A stretch of 64,000 nt of DNA from Candidatus Uhrbacteria bacterium RIFOXYB12_FULL_58_10 (GTDB lineage Bacteria; Patescibacteriota; Patescibacteriia; UBA9934; GWF2-40-263): NCBI GenBank assembly GCA_943354165.1, contig CALRBH010000004.1:1049-65048 (forward strand), in the 5' to 3' direction. The notes under the pieces were generated by a model. The model was not told the DNA's origin. It worked only from the letters and a program-made list of their open reading frames with translations, and did not search any database. Every line of letters starts with the position of its first letter. Positions within the stretch are counted from its first letter, which is position 1. Made by a program: the position numbers and the translations under genes. Of the stretch, positions 9,258 to 19,036 are shown in pieces.

Positions 9258-11018
9258 TTATTCTTCCTCAAGCTTAAGCCATTCCTTCTCTAACACCAAG
9301 GTCTCCTCATTGATCTCCGAGAGACGAGTGGCCTTTTCCGGCGCGTAATCCAAAGGATTCTCGAAGTAGTATTTCAAGATCACACTTTTTTCCTTATCGA
9401 GCTTTTCCATCTTGTCCTCGATTTTCTGCTGGGCTCGGCGCTTGGTCCGTTGCATCCAAGCACGCTCTTTACGCTCGGTCGCCTCCCCGTCGCTCGCGGC
9501 ACTCTGCGGCTCCCCAAGTGTGCGTTCTTCCGCAAACGCAGCAAGGTCGGCCACGTACTCTTCGTAAGTTCCAGTATACAGACGCATGGTTCCCGCATGT
9601 ACTTCGTAGACCGTATCGATCAGGGCGTTCATGAAACTTCGGGCGTGAGAAACAATAAACACCGTGCCAGGATATTCTTTGAGTGCCTGCGCTAATACAT
9701 CGACGGTTTCCGAATCTAAGTGGTTGGTCGGCTCGTCGAGAATAAGGACGTTGTGTTCGCGGAGAACGAGCGATGCCAGACGAACGCGAGCGCGCTCGCC
9801 ACCCGAGAGGACCCCACAAGGCTTTTCAAGATCATCCTCCCGAAATAGGAACGCACCTGCAGCCGTCAGGATGCGTTCTCCGGAAGCCTCGGGTGGTGCC
9901 GCACGTGAAAGTGCTTGTAAGACCGTTTCATGCGCCAGAAGCGTATCCTCCGACTGCTGCGAGAAGTAGCCGATATCCGCGCGATGCCACCACTTAAACG
10001 TACCGTCGATCACAGGAATACGTCCGGCAAGCGTCTTCAGGAGCGTGGTTTTCCCGTGACCGTTTTCCCCTACGATGGCCACCTTCTTCCCACGGTTTAT
10101 TTCGAAATTAATGTCGCGAGCAACGGCGACTCCGTCATACCCAATCGCCAGATCGTTCGCGCGAACGGCAAAACCCGCACTCACAGGTGGGCAAGGAATA
10201 CGGAACGACGTTACTGGAAGGCCCGTCTTCACGTCCTTAAGTTGGGATCGTAAACGAGTGATGTGCTTCAGCTTGTTTTGCGCACGCGAGGACAGAGATG
10301 CCTTGGCGCGGAAACGGTCCGCAAACGCCTGGGCATCCGCGATGTCACGCCGAATCCGTTTGTTGGTTCGTTTCGCATACTCGACCTGCTCATCCTTCCA
10401 TTCCAGGTAAGTCAGGAGATCGCCGGGAAACTCGACGAGCTCACCGCCTGCCACTTCCCAGGTTTGCGTGCACACATTCTGCATCGCCTCACGATCGTGC
10501 GAGGTCATGATGAATGCGCCTGGGTATGTTTTCAAAAAAGCTTCGAGAAGCAGAAGCGTGGGAAGGTCGAGGTAGTTCATCGGCTCATCGAGCAAGAGCA
10601 AAGTAGGTGCATCAAGCAACATGCGCACGAGCTTTACGCGCATCTGGTACCCACCGGAAAGGGAATGTGGCGGGAGCGCGAGGTCGCGCGGCTGCAGGCC
10701 AAAACGGGCGCCAAGTTTCGAACATTCCCATTCCTGCTTACCGCTCCCAATCGATAAATACTCCAGCGTCGTCCCATGTTCCGGAAGCACCTCATGCTGA
10801 CGCAGAACCCCAAGCCTTGCCCATGGCATGAGACGCACCGTTCCGGAATCTGCCTCCTCATCAAGCGAAAGCAATCGAAGCAAGGTGGTCTTCCCGGCGC
10901 CGTTGCGGCCGATGAGACCGATGTGGGCGCCCTCAGGGACGACAAACGAAACATCGCGCAGCACCTGCTGGCGTCCGTAGGTTTTTGAGAGGCCGCTGGC
11001 TTCGAGTAATGGACGCAT
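9258..11018 (-). CDS. ABC-F family ATPase with C-terminal coiled-coil extension
   Basis: GRNGAGKT/LSGGY/LLLDEPMNYLD and GENGHGKT/LSGGE/LILDEPTNHLD. Confidence 0.92.
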   Translation of the reverse strand: MRPLLEASGLSKTYGRQQVLRDVSFVVPEGAHIGLIGRNGAGKTTLLRLLSLDEEADSGTVRLMPWARLGVLRQHEVLPEHGTTLEYLSIGSGKQEWECSKLGARFGLQPRDLALPPHSLSGGYQMRVKLVRMLLDAPTLLLLDEPMNYLDLPTLLLLEAFLKTYPGAFIMTSHDREAMQNVCTQTWEVAGGELVEFPGDLLTYLEWKDEQVEYAKRTNKRIRRDIADAQAFADRFRAKASLSSRAQNKLKHITRLRSQLKDVKTGLPVTSFRIPCPPVSAGFAVRANDLAIGYDGVAVARDINFEINRGKKVAIVGENGHGKTTLLKTLAGRIPVIDGTFKWWHRADIGYFSQQSEDTLLAHETVLQALSRAAPPEASGERILTAAGAFLFREDDLEKPCGVLSGGERARVRLASLVLREHNVLILDEPTNHLDSETVDVLAQALKEYPGTVFIVSHARSFMNALIDTVYEVHAGTMRLYTGTYEEYVADLAAFAEERTLGEPQSAASDGEATERKERAWMQRTKRRAQQKIEDKMEKLDKEKSVILKYYFENPLDYAPEKATRLSEINEETLVLEKEWLKLEEE

Positions 11019-11076
11019 GAGCAGGATCCTACCATCTTTGACGAAAAGGAAATATTCTGGTTGAATATCTAATTGT

Positions 11077-11592
11077 ATGAATCATGAGGTCGCAGAATGG
11101 GGAAAAAAATACGGGAAGCACGTCGTTGAGGCCATAGCTGTCCTCACCGTCGCGATTTTTCTCATTACCCTCGTCTGGGGCCCGTCACCAGCACAGGCAC
11201 CCGCAACCACATCCGAGGTTACCCCGGATGCAGCGCTTCCTGAGGCTACCATCGCTCCTGCCGCCGATGGAACCACTCCGAAAGTAACGCCGCCGGCACC
11301 CGCTCCTGTCAAAACCGTTTCCAAGCCACTCACGTATGAGCAGGCGATTACACAATACGGGAAGTACCGAATTCAGTTTGTGCACTGCAACGGTCAACCT
11401 GGATCCATGAACGTCCCGGTCGGCGTGAAAGTTATGCTCGACAACCGAGACACCATTGCCCACACAGTCAAAGTCGGCACCAAATCATATAAGCTCCCGG
11501 CGCTCGGATTCGCCATCGCTTCCATGACCTCCTTGGGAGAACAGGCAGTTTTGTGTGACGGCGGCGGCGCATCGACGATCAACGTCCAATAA
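11077..11592 (+). CDS. Membrane-anchored hypothetical protein, Pro/Thr linker, possible cupredoxin-like C-terminal domain
   Basis: N-terminal TM, PT-rich linker, NRDTIAHTV motif. Confidence 0.65.
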   Translation: MNHEVAEWGKKYGKHVVEAIAVLTVAIFLITLVWGPSPAQAPATTSEVTPDAALPEATIAPAADGTTPKVTPPAPAPVKTVSKPLTYEQAITQYGKYRIQFVHCNGQPGSMNVPVGVKVMLDNRDTIAHTVKVGTKSYKLPALGFAIASMTSLGEQAVLCDGGGASTINVQ

Positions 11593-11599
11593 TCTTCCT

Positions 11600-12001
11600 A
11601 TGCAAGATGTTCCCATGAAGAGGTCGGAAGATGAATGGAAGAAGGAACTTACCCCTGAGCAATATCGCGTTCTGCGCGAGAAGGGAACAGAAGCTCCATT
11701 CACTGGAAAGCTTCTCGAAGACCATTACGACGGAATGTTCCGCTGTGCAGCATGCGGGAATGAGCTCTTTAAGAGCGATGCAAAATTCGATAGTGGAACC
11801 GGATGGCCGAGCTTCGACGCTCCCGTTGCGGAAAAGCGCATCAAGCTGATCGTCGATGAAACTCACGGGATGAAGCGCATGGAGGTTGTGTGCGCCAATT
11901 GCGGTTCCCACCTAGGACACGTCTTCGATGACGGTCCGACGTCCACGGGCAAGCGCTTCTGCATCAACTCGGTCTGTTTACTGAAAACCCCAGGCGCTTA
12001 G
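11600..12001 (+). CDS. msrB: Peptide-methionine (R)-S-oxide reductase
   Basis: [39 protein letters not shown]. Confidence 0.96.
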   Translation: MQDVPMKRSEDEWKKELTPEQYRVLREKGTEAPFTGKLLEDHYDGMFRCAACGNELFKSDAKFDSGTGWPSFDAPVAEKRIKLIVDETHGMKRMEVVCANCGSHLGHVFDDGPTSTGKRFCINSVCLLKTPGA

Positions 12002-12693
12002 CCCGGGGTTTTTGCTTGCAGGTCGTAGCCCCTGCGAACTCGCACGAGGCCATCGACCATCTCCTTGTACGCACGTTCGATCTCTACCGCATCGTCCTTG
12101 AATCGGTCCGTTGTCTTCGCCATCTCCTCGTTGTACCAGCCGCCGGAGGTCCATCCTACGAAGGCGCGTTTGCCGAAGGAGAATCCCATCTGGCTCCAAA
12201 AGGAGAAAAGCTCGCCTGCCACATGCTGCACATTATCCTGGCCGCCTACGATGATGAAGCCTGCTGGTTTCTCGCCAATCAAATCCTTGCCGTACAGGGC
12301 ATGCTGATTTTCGACACAGTTGAGGCGCTGAGCCATTTGATAATAGAGGGAAGCGGCGCTGCCCCAGCGAATCGGGGTAGCCACGATCAGCGCATCGCAC
12401 CAGTTCGTAAGGCCTTCATAAATGGCACCCATGCCATCATCCGGATAGCGCTGCTGCAGCCAGCACGGCCAGGTGCAGTATTCGCTCTTGATGGAGTAGT
12501 TCGCCTCGCAGTGGCGCATAGTGAGGTCGCGCAGCTTGATGGTCATGGTGTCCGCGCCATGGACGGTCTTCGCGTACTCAAGCGCGGCGAGCAGGGTTTT
12601 CTCGGACGTCGGGACCCGGACGTTCTTGTCATCGGGATTAACCGTTGAGCAGGAGATACCGAGGATGCGAAGTGGTTTGGTGGGAGACGACAT
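11998..12693 (-). CDS. Flavodoxin-like / NADPH-dependent FMN reductase family protein
   Basis: [14 protein letters not shown]...CTWPC, ATPIRWG motif. Confidence 0.8.
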   Translation of the reverse strand: MSSPTKPLRILGISCSTVNPDDKNVRVPTSEKTLLAALEYAKTVHGADTMTIKLRDLTMRHCEANYSIKSEYCTWPCWLQQRYPDDGMGAIYEGLTNWCDALIVATPIRWGSAASLYYQMAQRLNCVENQHALYGKDLIGEKPAGFIIVGGQDNVQHVAGELFSFWSQMGFSFGKRAFVGWTSGGWYNEEMAKTTDRFKDDAVEIERAYKEMVDGLVRVRRGYDLQAKTPG

Positions 12694-12712
12694 AGTGCGG
12701 TCAGTATACACT

Positions 12713-13300
12713 ATGGCCACTGTGTCTGTGACCTACGCTATCCACCGCTCCACCCGTTGCCGAGGGATCCGACTCACTGTGAAGCCGGACGGTTCGGTTC
12801 GCATAAGCGCTCATCCCCGCGAACCTCTCGGGAGGATCAAACGCTTCCTTGAGGAGAAGACGCCGTGGATCGTAAAGACGATCGAGAAAATAAAGGCTCG
12901 TGGTCTGTGTACCCCGCTACGAGGTCCTGATATGGAATATCGCCGTTACAAATCCCGCGCGCTTTTGTATCTGCGCACCCGCACAAAAAAGCTTGCAAAA
13001 CAAACCGGGTTCACCCCCAAAAACGTTCGCATTCGTAATGCCAGCAGCCGATGGGGAAGCTGTTCGCGCAAAGGCGAACTTATGCTGCACTACCGTCTCG
13101 TATTCCTGCCGCCGGACCTGTGCGACTACGTCATCCTGCATGAGCTCTGCCACCTCATGCATTTCAACCATTCCAAATCGTTTTGGGCCTTACTCTCGCA
13201 GTTCGTGCCTGCCTGTGTTAGCATGCGCCGAATCTTACACAAGGACGGGGCGCGACTCGCCTCCGAAGCGGCTGCCCATTATGGCGCGAATCAACCCTGA
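12713..13300 (+). CDS. YgjP/DUF45 family Zn metallohydrolase
   Basis: SRWGSCS and DYVILHELCHLMHFNHSKSFW motifs. Confidence 0.88.
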   Translation: MATVSVTYAIHRSTRCRGIRLTVKPDGSVRISAHPREPLGRIKRFLEEKTPWIVKTIEKIKARGLCTPLRGPDMEYRRYKSRALLYLRTRTKKLAKQTGFTPKNVRIRNASSRWGSCSRKGELMLHYRLVFLPPDLCDYVILHELCHLMHFNHSKSFWALLSQFVPACVSMRRILHKDGARLASEAAAHYGANQP

Positions 13301-14183
13301 GTTTTTAGACCGAATAGAGCACCAGTACGGAAAGAGCTCTGCCGACGCCATCGTGGCGGCTTTTAAGTATCAGCGCCTTCCGACGATACGGACAAATACC
13401 TTAAAGACCACAGACGATGCGGTGATGCAAGCGTTTCGTGACGATGCAATTCAATTCGAGCGGGTCGCAAAAATTCCCCACACGTTCTTTATCAAGAACC
13501 GAAAGGATTCTGAAATGCTCGAACACCACCTCATGTTGAGCGGTCAGATCTACATGCAGGGAATTGCCTCAATGCTTCCTGTTCTTGTGCTCGATCCGAA
13601 ACCCGGCGAGGCGATTCTAGATCTCTGCGCCGCACCTGGATCCAAGACTACGCAGATCGCCTCCATTATGAAGGGGACCGGTAAGGTCGTTGCGGTTGAG
13701 GAAAATGAAATCCGATTCCAGAAGCTGAAGAACAGCGTCTGGATGCAGGGAGCCAAGGACGTCGAGCTCATGCATGCAGACGGGACTCTTCTCCATTACG
13801 ATTTCGCCGGCAAGTTCGATCGAGTTCTCGTCGATGCGCCTTGTTCCGCAGAAGGTCGAATTGATCTTCGTGACGCGCGATCCTTCTCATTTTGGTCGAC
13901 GAAAAATATCGGGATCCAAGCCAAGCTCCAGCGTCGATTGCTTCGATCGGCTGTCAGGTGTTTGAAACCTGGCGGCACCCTAGTATATTCGACCTGTACA
14001 CTAGCACCGGAAGAGAACGAACTGATGGTGGATTGGGCCTTCTCTGAATTCCCTGAACTTCTCCCGCTTCCTGTGGAACTCCCAGTCGCGACCACGAGAA
14101 CGCTCCGAAAGAATGCGGCCATCGCCTTGCCGACGAAGGAACATGAAGGTTCTTTCGTGGCACGATTCCGTCTGCATGATTAG
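13281..14183 (+). CDS. RsmB/RsmF (NOL1/NOP2) RNA m5C methyltransferase
   Basis: RTNTLK, LDLCAAPGSKT, VDAPCSAEG, YSTCTLAPEENE. Confidence 0.92.
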   Translation: MARINPEFLDRIEHQYGKSSADAIVAAFKYQRLPTIRTNTLKTTDDAVMQAFRDDAIQFERVAKIPHTFFIKNRKDSEMLEHHLMLSGQIYMQGIASMLPVLVLDPKPGEAILDLCAAPGSKTTQIASIMKGTGKVVAVEENEIRFQKLKNSVWMQGAKDVELMHADGTLLHYDFAGKFDRVLVDAPCSAEGRIDLRDARSFSFWSTKNIGIQAKLQRRLLRSAVRCLKPGGTLVYSTCTLAPEENELMVDWAFSEFPELLPLPVELPVATTRTLRKNAAIALPTKEHEGSFVARFRLHD

Positions 14184-14203
14184 CCCTGTACAATAGGTCG
14201 CGT

Positions 14204-15181
14204 ATGTTGCCCACATCTCTCATTCGTATCCAGGCAAAGAACAACAAGGCCTATGGGGAAGCTCTCGGGGAGCTTTTCGGTGACCACGTCCGCACCTTGT
14301 TGTTGCGAGAACAGAAGAAAGATTGGCCTGTGAGGGTAAAACAAGCCATGGCGTACTGGTCTGTCTCAAAGCGGTATTTCCCGCAGTACATCGAAGAAAC
14401 AGAGGCGTACGCGCGTGCCTGTGGAATTAAGTCCCAAGATCTCTGGACTCTAGGCCTCGAGCTTTCTTTGGATACGGATCGCTGCACAGCCCTAGTTACG
14501 CAGAAGGGAAGGTTGGTTGGACACGTAGAGGATTTTGATCCAAAAACAAAGGACGATATCGTCCTCATCGAACGAACGATAGGATCGACGACTGTTTTGG
14601 AACTTTGTTATGTCTATACGCTCGGGGGGAACGCCGCTTCCATCAATTCACACGGCTGGGTTCAATTGATCAATACCGTGCATTCCACTCGTGCTAGGCG
14701 AGGTGTCCCAAAAAACCTCATTGCTCGTTGGTTATCGGAGACGTCTTCTCCGGAAAAGGATGTTGCACACCTTGCACATATCCCTCGATGTGAAGGCTAT
14801 GCCCATACGTTCATCCAGGCAAAAACAGGCAAGGTATCTCTGCTCGAATCCTCAGCGAAGCGTCTTGTGTTGGAGTCGATTCCGAGCCCAACAACCCATA
14901 CGAACCATTTTATCCTTCCAGGCATGATGGAGAGTGAAGCGTTCGTCTCTCTGTCTTCTCGAGAGCGGCACACCGTAGCCAATTCTCGCCTGAAACCTGA
15001 AACATCCCTTGGAAGTTTGAAACGAATCATGTCAGATACAAGCCGGGGAAAACACACGAGTATATTTAACGAGGATACCGTCGCAAAAATCATCTTTGAT
15101 CATGAAGCAAAACAGGCCCACACCTGGTTCGCCCGGAACGCCAAGCAGGGATATACGAAAACTCCGCTAGGATTTCTCTAA
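14204..15181 (+). CDS. C45 family Ntn-hydrolase/acyltransferase
   Basis: FPQYIEE..AYA, autoproteolysis-type RCTA, INSHG, THTNHF motifs. Confidence 0.75.
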   Translation: MLPTSLIRIQAKNNKAYGEALGELFGDHVRTLLLREQKKDWPVRVKQAMAYWSVSKRYFPQYIEETEAYARACGIKSQDLWTLGLELSLDTDRCTALVTQKGRLVGHVEDFDPKTKDDIVLIERTIGSTTVLELCYVYTLGGNAASINSHGWVQLINTVHSTRARRGVPKNLIARWLSETSSPEKDVAHLAHIPRCEGYAHTFIQAKTGKVSLLESSAKRLVLESIPSPTTHTNHFILPGMMESEAFVSLSSRERHTVANSRLKPETSLGSLKRIMSDTSRGKHTSIFNEDTVAKIIFDHEAKQAHTWFARNAKQGYTKTPLGFL

Positions 15182-15196
15182 ATCCACCCCATGACG

Positions 15197-15225
15197 TTGA
15201 CAAAATCACCTCCTTCATGTATAGT
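15197..15225 (+). promoter_or_regulatory. sigma70 promoter of cold-shock gene
   Basis: TTGACA-17 nt-TATAGT. Confidence 0.8.
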
Positions 15226-15251
15226 GCTTTTGCAAATACAGCCCACGCGGA

Positions 15252-15303
15252 CTTGAGTCGGAGTTCGGCAGGAGGCCAAGGTTTCGCAGCTAACTCACTC
15301 AAG
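15252..15303 (+). promoter_or_regulatory. Structured 5' UTR of cold-shock gene
   Basis: CTTGAGT/ACTCAAG and GAGTT/AACTC nested pairings in a ~90-nt leader. Confidence 0.55.
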
Positions 15304-15320
15304 ACGTAAGCAAACTCTAT

Positions 15321-15521
15321 ATGATGATGGGTTCTATCAAGACTCTCACAGATAAGGGCTTCGGCTTCATCGCTCCAGACAATGGCGAGAAAGATCTTTT
15401 CTTTCACGCTTCCGGTCTCATGGGCGTAGCTTTCAACGAGCTCAACCGCGGCGACAAAGTGTCGTTCGAAGTTGAAGAGTCCGACAAAGGTCCTCGCGCA
15501 AACAACATCCAGCGCGCGTAA
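15321..15521 (+). CDS. cspA: Cold-shock protein
   Basis: KGFGFI (RNP1), LFFH (RNP2), KGPRA. Confidence 0.95.
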   Translation: MMMGSIKTLTDKGFGFIAPDNGEKDLFFHASGLMGVAFNELNRGDKVSFEVEESDKGPRANNIQRA

Positions 15522-15522
15522 G

Positions 15523-15562
15523 CAAAATGTCCCGGCCTAACGGCTGGGACTTTTGTTTTTGC
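15523..15562 (+). repeat. 40-bp direct repeat copy 1 (intrinsic terminator)
   Basis: CAAAATGTCCCGGCCTAACGGCTGGGACTTTTGTTTTTGC, hairpin plus T-tract; identical to 16527-16566. Confidence 0.95.
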
Positions 15563-15607
15563 CGTGGTATCATTTCCTCATAATATTTTATAAGGAAATA
15601 TGAGAAT

Positions 15608-16225
15608 ATGAGAAAGATTCTTGCTATCATGTTCGTGATGATGGGTTTTTTGCCCGCTGTCGCAAAAGCTGATTTTCTTCCGGATGATCATCACCAGATT
15701 ACTTCATGCGTACGGATCGATAACATTTCTGACTACCCAGATTATAATTTCGTACTTTCGGGGACATACAAGTTTCCATATTCCGCAAAGCTTTCAGGAA
15801 CTGAAGAGTGCGGTCACGGCGGCACAGCAAATATTCTTGCCATCAAGAAAACAGATTGGGGCAAGATAAAGTATGCCGCGAAAGGAACGGAAGAAGAAGG
15901 TGATTGGTCCATGAATCCAGCCAATGCAGCCTTGTTTGTCACCTCAAGCCTAAACCTAGAGCTTGAGACAGTTATCCCTGACACAGACCCAACGGTCCGA
16001 AAGTCTCATACAATCCACATCGATTCCGTAACAGACGAATCTGTCCGGGCGCATCTCGTACAGACTGAAACCACGGCAAAAGACGGCAGTAAAGACTTTG
16101 TTCTCGATCTTACTAATGAAGAGGATCGGGACTCGACCGATAATTCATCCTTGCTGATCCTCGCAGCACTTGTAGGCGGTGGCCTCCTTGGGCTCGGACT
16201 CGGATATCGTGCATGGAAGAAATAG
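15608..16225 (+). CDS. Hypothetical exported protein with C-terminal TM anchor and basic tail
   Basis: Signal peptide ending AKA; C-terminal LLILAALVGGGLLGLGLG-YRAWKK. Confidence 0.8.
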   Translation: MRKILAIMFVMMGFLPAVAKADFLPDDHHQITSCVRIDNISDYPDYNFVLSGTYKFPYSAKLSGTEECGHGGTANILAIKKTDWGKIKYAAKGTEEEGDWSMNPANAALFVTSSLNLELETVIPDTDPTVRKSHTIHIDSVTDESVRAHLVQTETTAKDGSKDFVLDLTNEEDRDSTDNSSLLILAALVGGGLLGLGLGYRAWKK

Positions 16226-16515
16226 TATTCCTCGCTCTCACGATAGCGATCGAACTTCCGGTCGCTATCGCCCTGCTTCGTAGACACATTCCTTGGAAAC
16301 GTGTTGCCATCGTCGTTGTGTGCGTTAACATGATCACTCACCCAATTGGATGGTATGTAATTTCTGCGGGCGGCTCTTGGGGAGCTGTGGAGATCGGAGT
16401 TACGATCTTTGAGGCTCTCGTATTCGCAGGCATGTTCTCGTCGCGCCTACGGGCCGTCATAGCTGCATGCGTCATGAATGGAATAAGCGCAGCTTTAGGA
16501 GCTCTTCTGTCCTAG
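16213..16515 (+). CDS. Hypothetical small integral membrane protein
   Basis: Hydrophobic 100 aa, LTIAIELPV and VNMITHP segments; overlaps upstream gene. Confidence 0.75.
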   Translation: MEEIVFLALTIAIELPVAIALLRRHIPWKRVAIVVVCVNMITHPIGWYVISAGGSWGAVEIGVTIFEALVFAGMFSSRLRAVIAACVMNGISAALGALLS

Positions 16516-16526
16516 GAGGAAGGTAA

Positions 16527-16566
16527 CAAAATGTCCCGGCCTAACGGCTGGGACTTTTGTTTTTGC
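16527..16566 (+). repeat. 40-bp direct repeat copy 2 (intrinsic terminator)
   Basis: Identical to 15523-15562. Confidence 0.95.
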
Positions 16567-16569
16567 GGA

Positions 16570-17382
16570 CTATTTGTACAGGCGGTGTTTAATTCGATCT
16601 TGAACGTGATAGGGGAACAGGCTCATGAAGCTGGAGAGGATCGATAGATACGCGGGCGCCGTGTATCTGACCTGCGGCCTCTTGGATTCAACCGCGTGAA
16701 TCATTGCTGGAAGGACAGCTTCTACGGGAGCCTGATCGCGGATCAACCGTGCATCCACCCGATCGATACGCGGCTTATCCTTCCAAAACAGAGACTTCGA
16801 CCCGAACCAGCTTTCCTTAGAGGCGATCATCCGTTCATTGAACCCCGTGGCAATGGCGCCAGGCTCAATCAAACTGACCTTGATACCGAAGGGCGCGAGT
16901 TCAAGACGAAGATCGTCGCTGGCAACTTCGACCGCATATTTGGTCATGCCGTATGGCCCGAAGAAGGGAACGGAGAAGATTCCCGCCATAGAGCTTACAT
17001 TGATGATCCGCCCGCTTCCGCGTTCCATCATGGCGGGAATAGCCGCCTGGGCAACAGCGATATAGGAGACGACGTTCAGTTCATGAACGTCGCGTAAAAC
17101 GTCGAGCGGGACGTCGGACAATGGACCGGACTGGCCTTCAGCCGCATTATTGATAACGATCTCCGGTGCCCATGCAGAAATCTGCGCCCGATCGGCTTCC
17201 GACGTTACGTCGAGTCGATGAGTCGTAAGGGTCACGCCCGCGTCGGCAACCAATCGATTCAGCATCGCAACGTCCGCATCCGTTTTCGCGGTAGCGATCA
17301 CTGTGTGCCCACGTTTCGCAAGGGCAAACGCCGTCGCCTTTCCAATGCCTGTAGCCGCTCCAGTAATGAGAATAGTTGCCAT
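16570..17382 (-). CDS. Short-chain dehydrogenase/reductase
   Basis: TGAATGIG, INNAA, NVSS, YGMTK, IEPG. Confidence 0.92.
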   Translation of the reverse strand: MATILITGAATGIGKATAFALAKRGHTVIATAKTDADVAMLNRLVADAGVTLTTHRLDVTSEADRAQISAWAPEIVINNAAEGQSGPLSDVPLDVLRDVHELNVVSYIAVAQAAIPAMMERGSGRIINVSSMAGIFSVPFFGPYGMTKYAVEVASDDLRLELAPFGIKVSLIEPGAIATGFNERMIASKESWFGSKSLFWKDKPRIDRVDARLIRDQAPVEAVLPAMIHAVESKRPQVRYTAPAYLSILSSFMSLFPYHVQDRIKHRLYK

Positions 17383-17446
17383 AGTGGAAGAAGGATACCA
17401 CGAAGGCTTGCCAGCGAGGCAAAAACGTGGAAAGATAGCTCGTCAT

Positions 17447-18502
17447 ATGGCCCTCGAAGCTCGTACAATCTCCATTCCTCGCGTCCTCGCAGACGCACCG
17501 TCCTATCGCCTCAAGCAGGCAGAGGATGGGTTGTTCTCGTTGACGAAGAAAAGTTGGGAGGAGGTCGGCGTCCTGCCGAAGCCACTGCGGGATGCGCTTA
17601 CCGCCAGCGTGCCGTGGATGTCAGTGAAACTGTTCCATGTAGCCACAAGCGCCAAAGGTGACACGCACAAGGCTATTCTCGAACTCGGCGATGGAACCAA
17701 GATCGAATCCGTCCTCATGGCCAACAAGCGAGGATGGTGGACGATTTGTGTTTCAAGCCAGGTCGGCTGTGCCATGCGCTGTACGTTCTGTGCAACTGGG
17801 AAGATGGGCCTGACCCGAAACCTTCTCGCAGACGAGATCGTCGATCAATATCGATATTGGGCTTCCTATGTTCACGCCCGGCCAGAAATGCCGCAGCTCA
17901 TCAGCAACATCGTCTTCATGGGCATGGGCGAGCCGCTCGCGAACTACATCGAAGTGCGGAATGCGAACAACACAATTCTCGCTCACACGGAAATGGGGCC
18001 AACGAACATCACGGTTTCGACCGTAGGTGTCCTTCCGCGCCTTGAACAGCTTTTGAATGATCCTGAGTGGCCTCCAGTCCGCGTAGCCGTTTCGCTCCAC
18101 AGCGCGATCGCGAAAACTCGCAAAGAGATCGTCCCAACCTCATATGATGATTTTCTCCCAAAGCTTGAGGAATGGACCCATAAGTACTTCGAGAAATTCG
18201 ACACACGCAGCCGCCACCTCACCTTCGAGTACGTAATGCTCGGGGGAGTGAACGACACCACAGAACATGCGAAGGCTCTCGCCGCGTTCGTGCAGCGCTG
18301 CGGCAAGGTAAAGGTGAACCTGATTCCATATAACTTCACCGACAGCGAATTTCTGCGGTCGACGGACGCACACATTCGATCGTTCATGGACGCGCTTGAG
18401 GCGGGTGGTGTAATCGTCACGCAGCGTAAGACGATGGGAGACGACATTGCGGCCGCATGCGGACAATTGATTGTTGAGAAAAAAGAGAGCCCCACTGTTT
18501 AA
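17447..18502 (+). CDS. rlmN: RlmN/Cfr family radical SAM 23S rRNA methyltransferase
   Basis: CVSSQVGCAMRCTFCATG, FMGMGEP, SLHSA, NLIPYN, DIAAACGQL. Confidence 0.88.
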   Translation: MALEARTISIPRVLADAPSYRLKQAEDGLFSLTKKSWEEVGVLPKPLRDALTASVPWMSVKLFHVATSAKGDTHKAILELGDGTKIESVLMANKRGWWTICVSSQVGCAMRCTFCATGKMGLTRNLLADEIVDQYRYWASYVHARPEMPQLISNIVFMGMGEPLANYIEVRNANNTILAHTEMGPTNITVSTVGVLPRLEQLLNDPEWPPVRVAVSLHSAIAKTRKEIVPTSYDDFLPKLEEWTHKYFEKFDTRSRHLTFEYVMLGGVNDTTEHAKALAAFVQRCGKVKVNLIPYNFTDSEFLRSTDAHIRSFMDALEAGGVIVTQRKTMGDDIAAACGQLIVEKKESPTV

Positions 18503-19036
18503 TCAGTGGGGCTTCGGCATTTTCTTGCCGGGAGACGTGTCTTCTTCCGCCAGCTCCTCTTGGGTTTTCACTCTATAAGGTGGCTTGATGGCCATGATAA
18601 TGCAGTTCGCAAAGTGCGAGGAGTATTCTTCTGGATTCGTAGCTACGGTGAATTCATTCAGCTCTGGCGCGCTATTTGCAAAGATCCATAGAGCGTTTTC
18701 CATGGTTTCGCGCGGGTGTTCTTCAAAAAAACCGTGAAGCTGCATGAGGAACTTATCCGTTTCCTGCATGTGTTCCGCATGCTCTCCATCTAACTGCTGG
18801 CAAGCGTAGTCAAGGCACTTCCAGACCGCGGCCTTGATTCCGTCCCGACGATCCCGGAGTGGACGCAGGGCAGAGACAACCTTACTAAGCTTTGGTTCCG
18901 GAAAATATCTCTACAGCATGTCCCGAGCGCGCTCATCGCTCTCTGGAAACATGTCGTGAATGGCCGTAGCGGCCGCATTGATGATCTGCATTCGATCAGC
19001 CCCTGATTCGGCTGAGTCATCTTGTTTCTTACTCAT
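18503..19036 (-). pseudogene. Orphan 177-codon ORF interrupted by one in-frame TAG (18911-18913)
   Basis: AGGAGG then ATG at 19036; MSKKQDD...RDML*RYFPEP...EHMQETDKF continues in frame into the 18503-18769 ORF. Confidence 0.65.

Noticed and set aside
18790-19020. 76-aa ORF from the track
   Set aside because: A different frame with SD and in-frame continuity into 18503-18769 explains the region better
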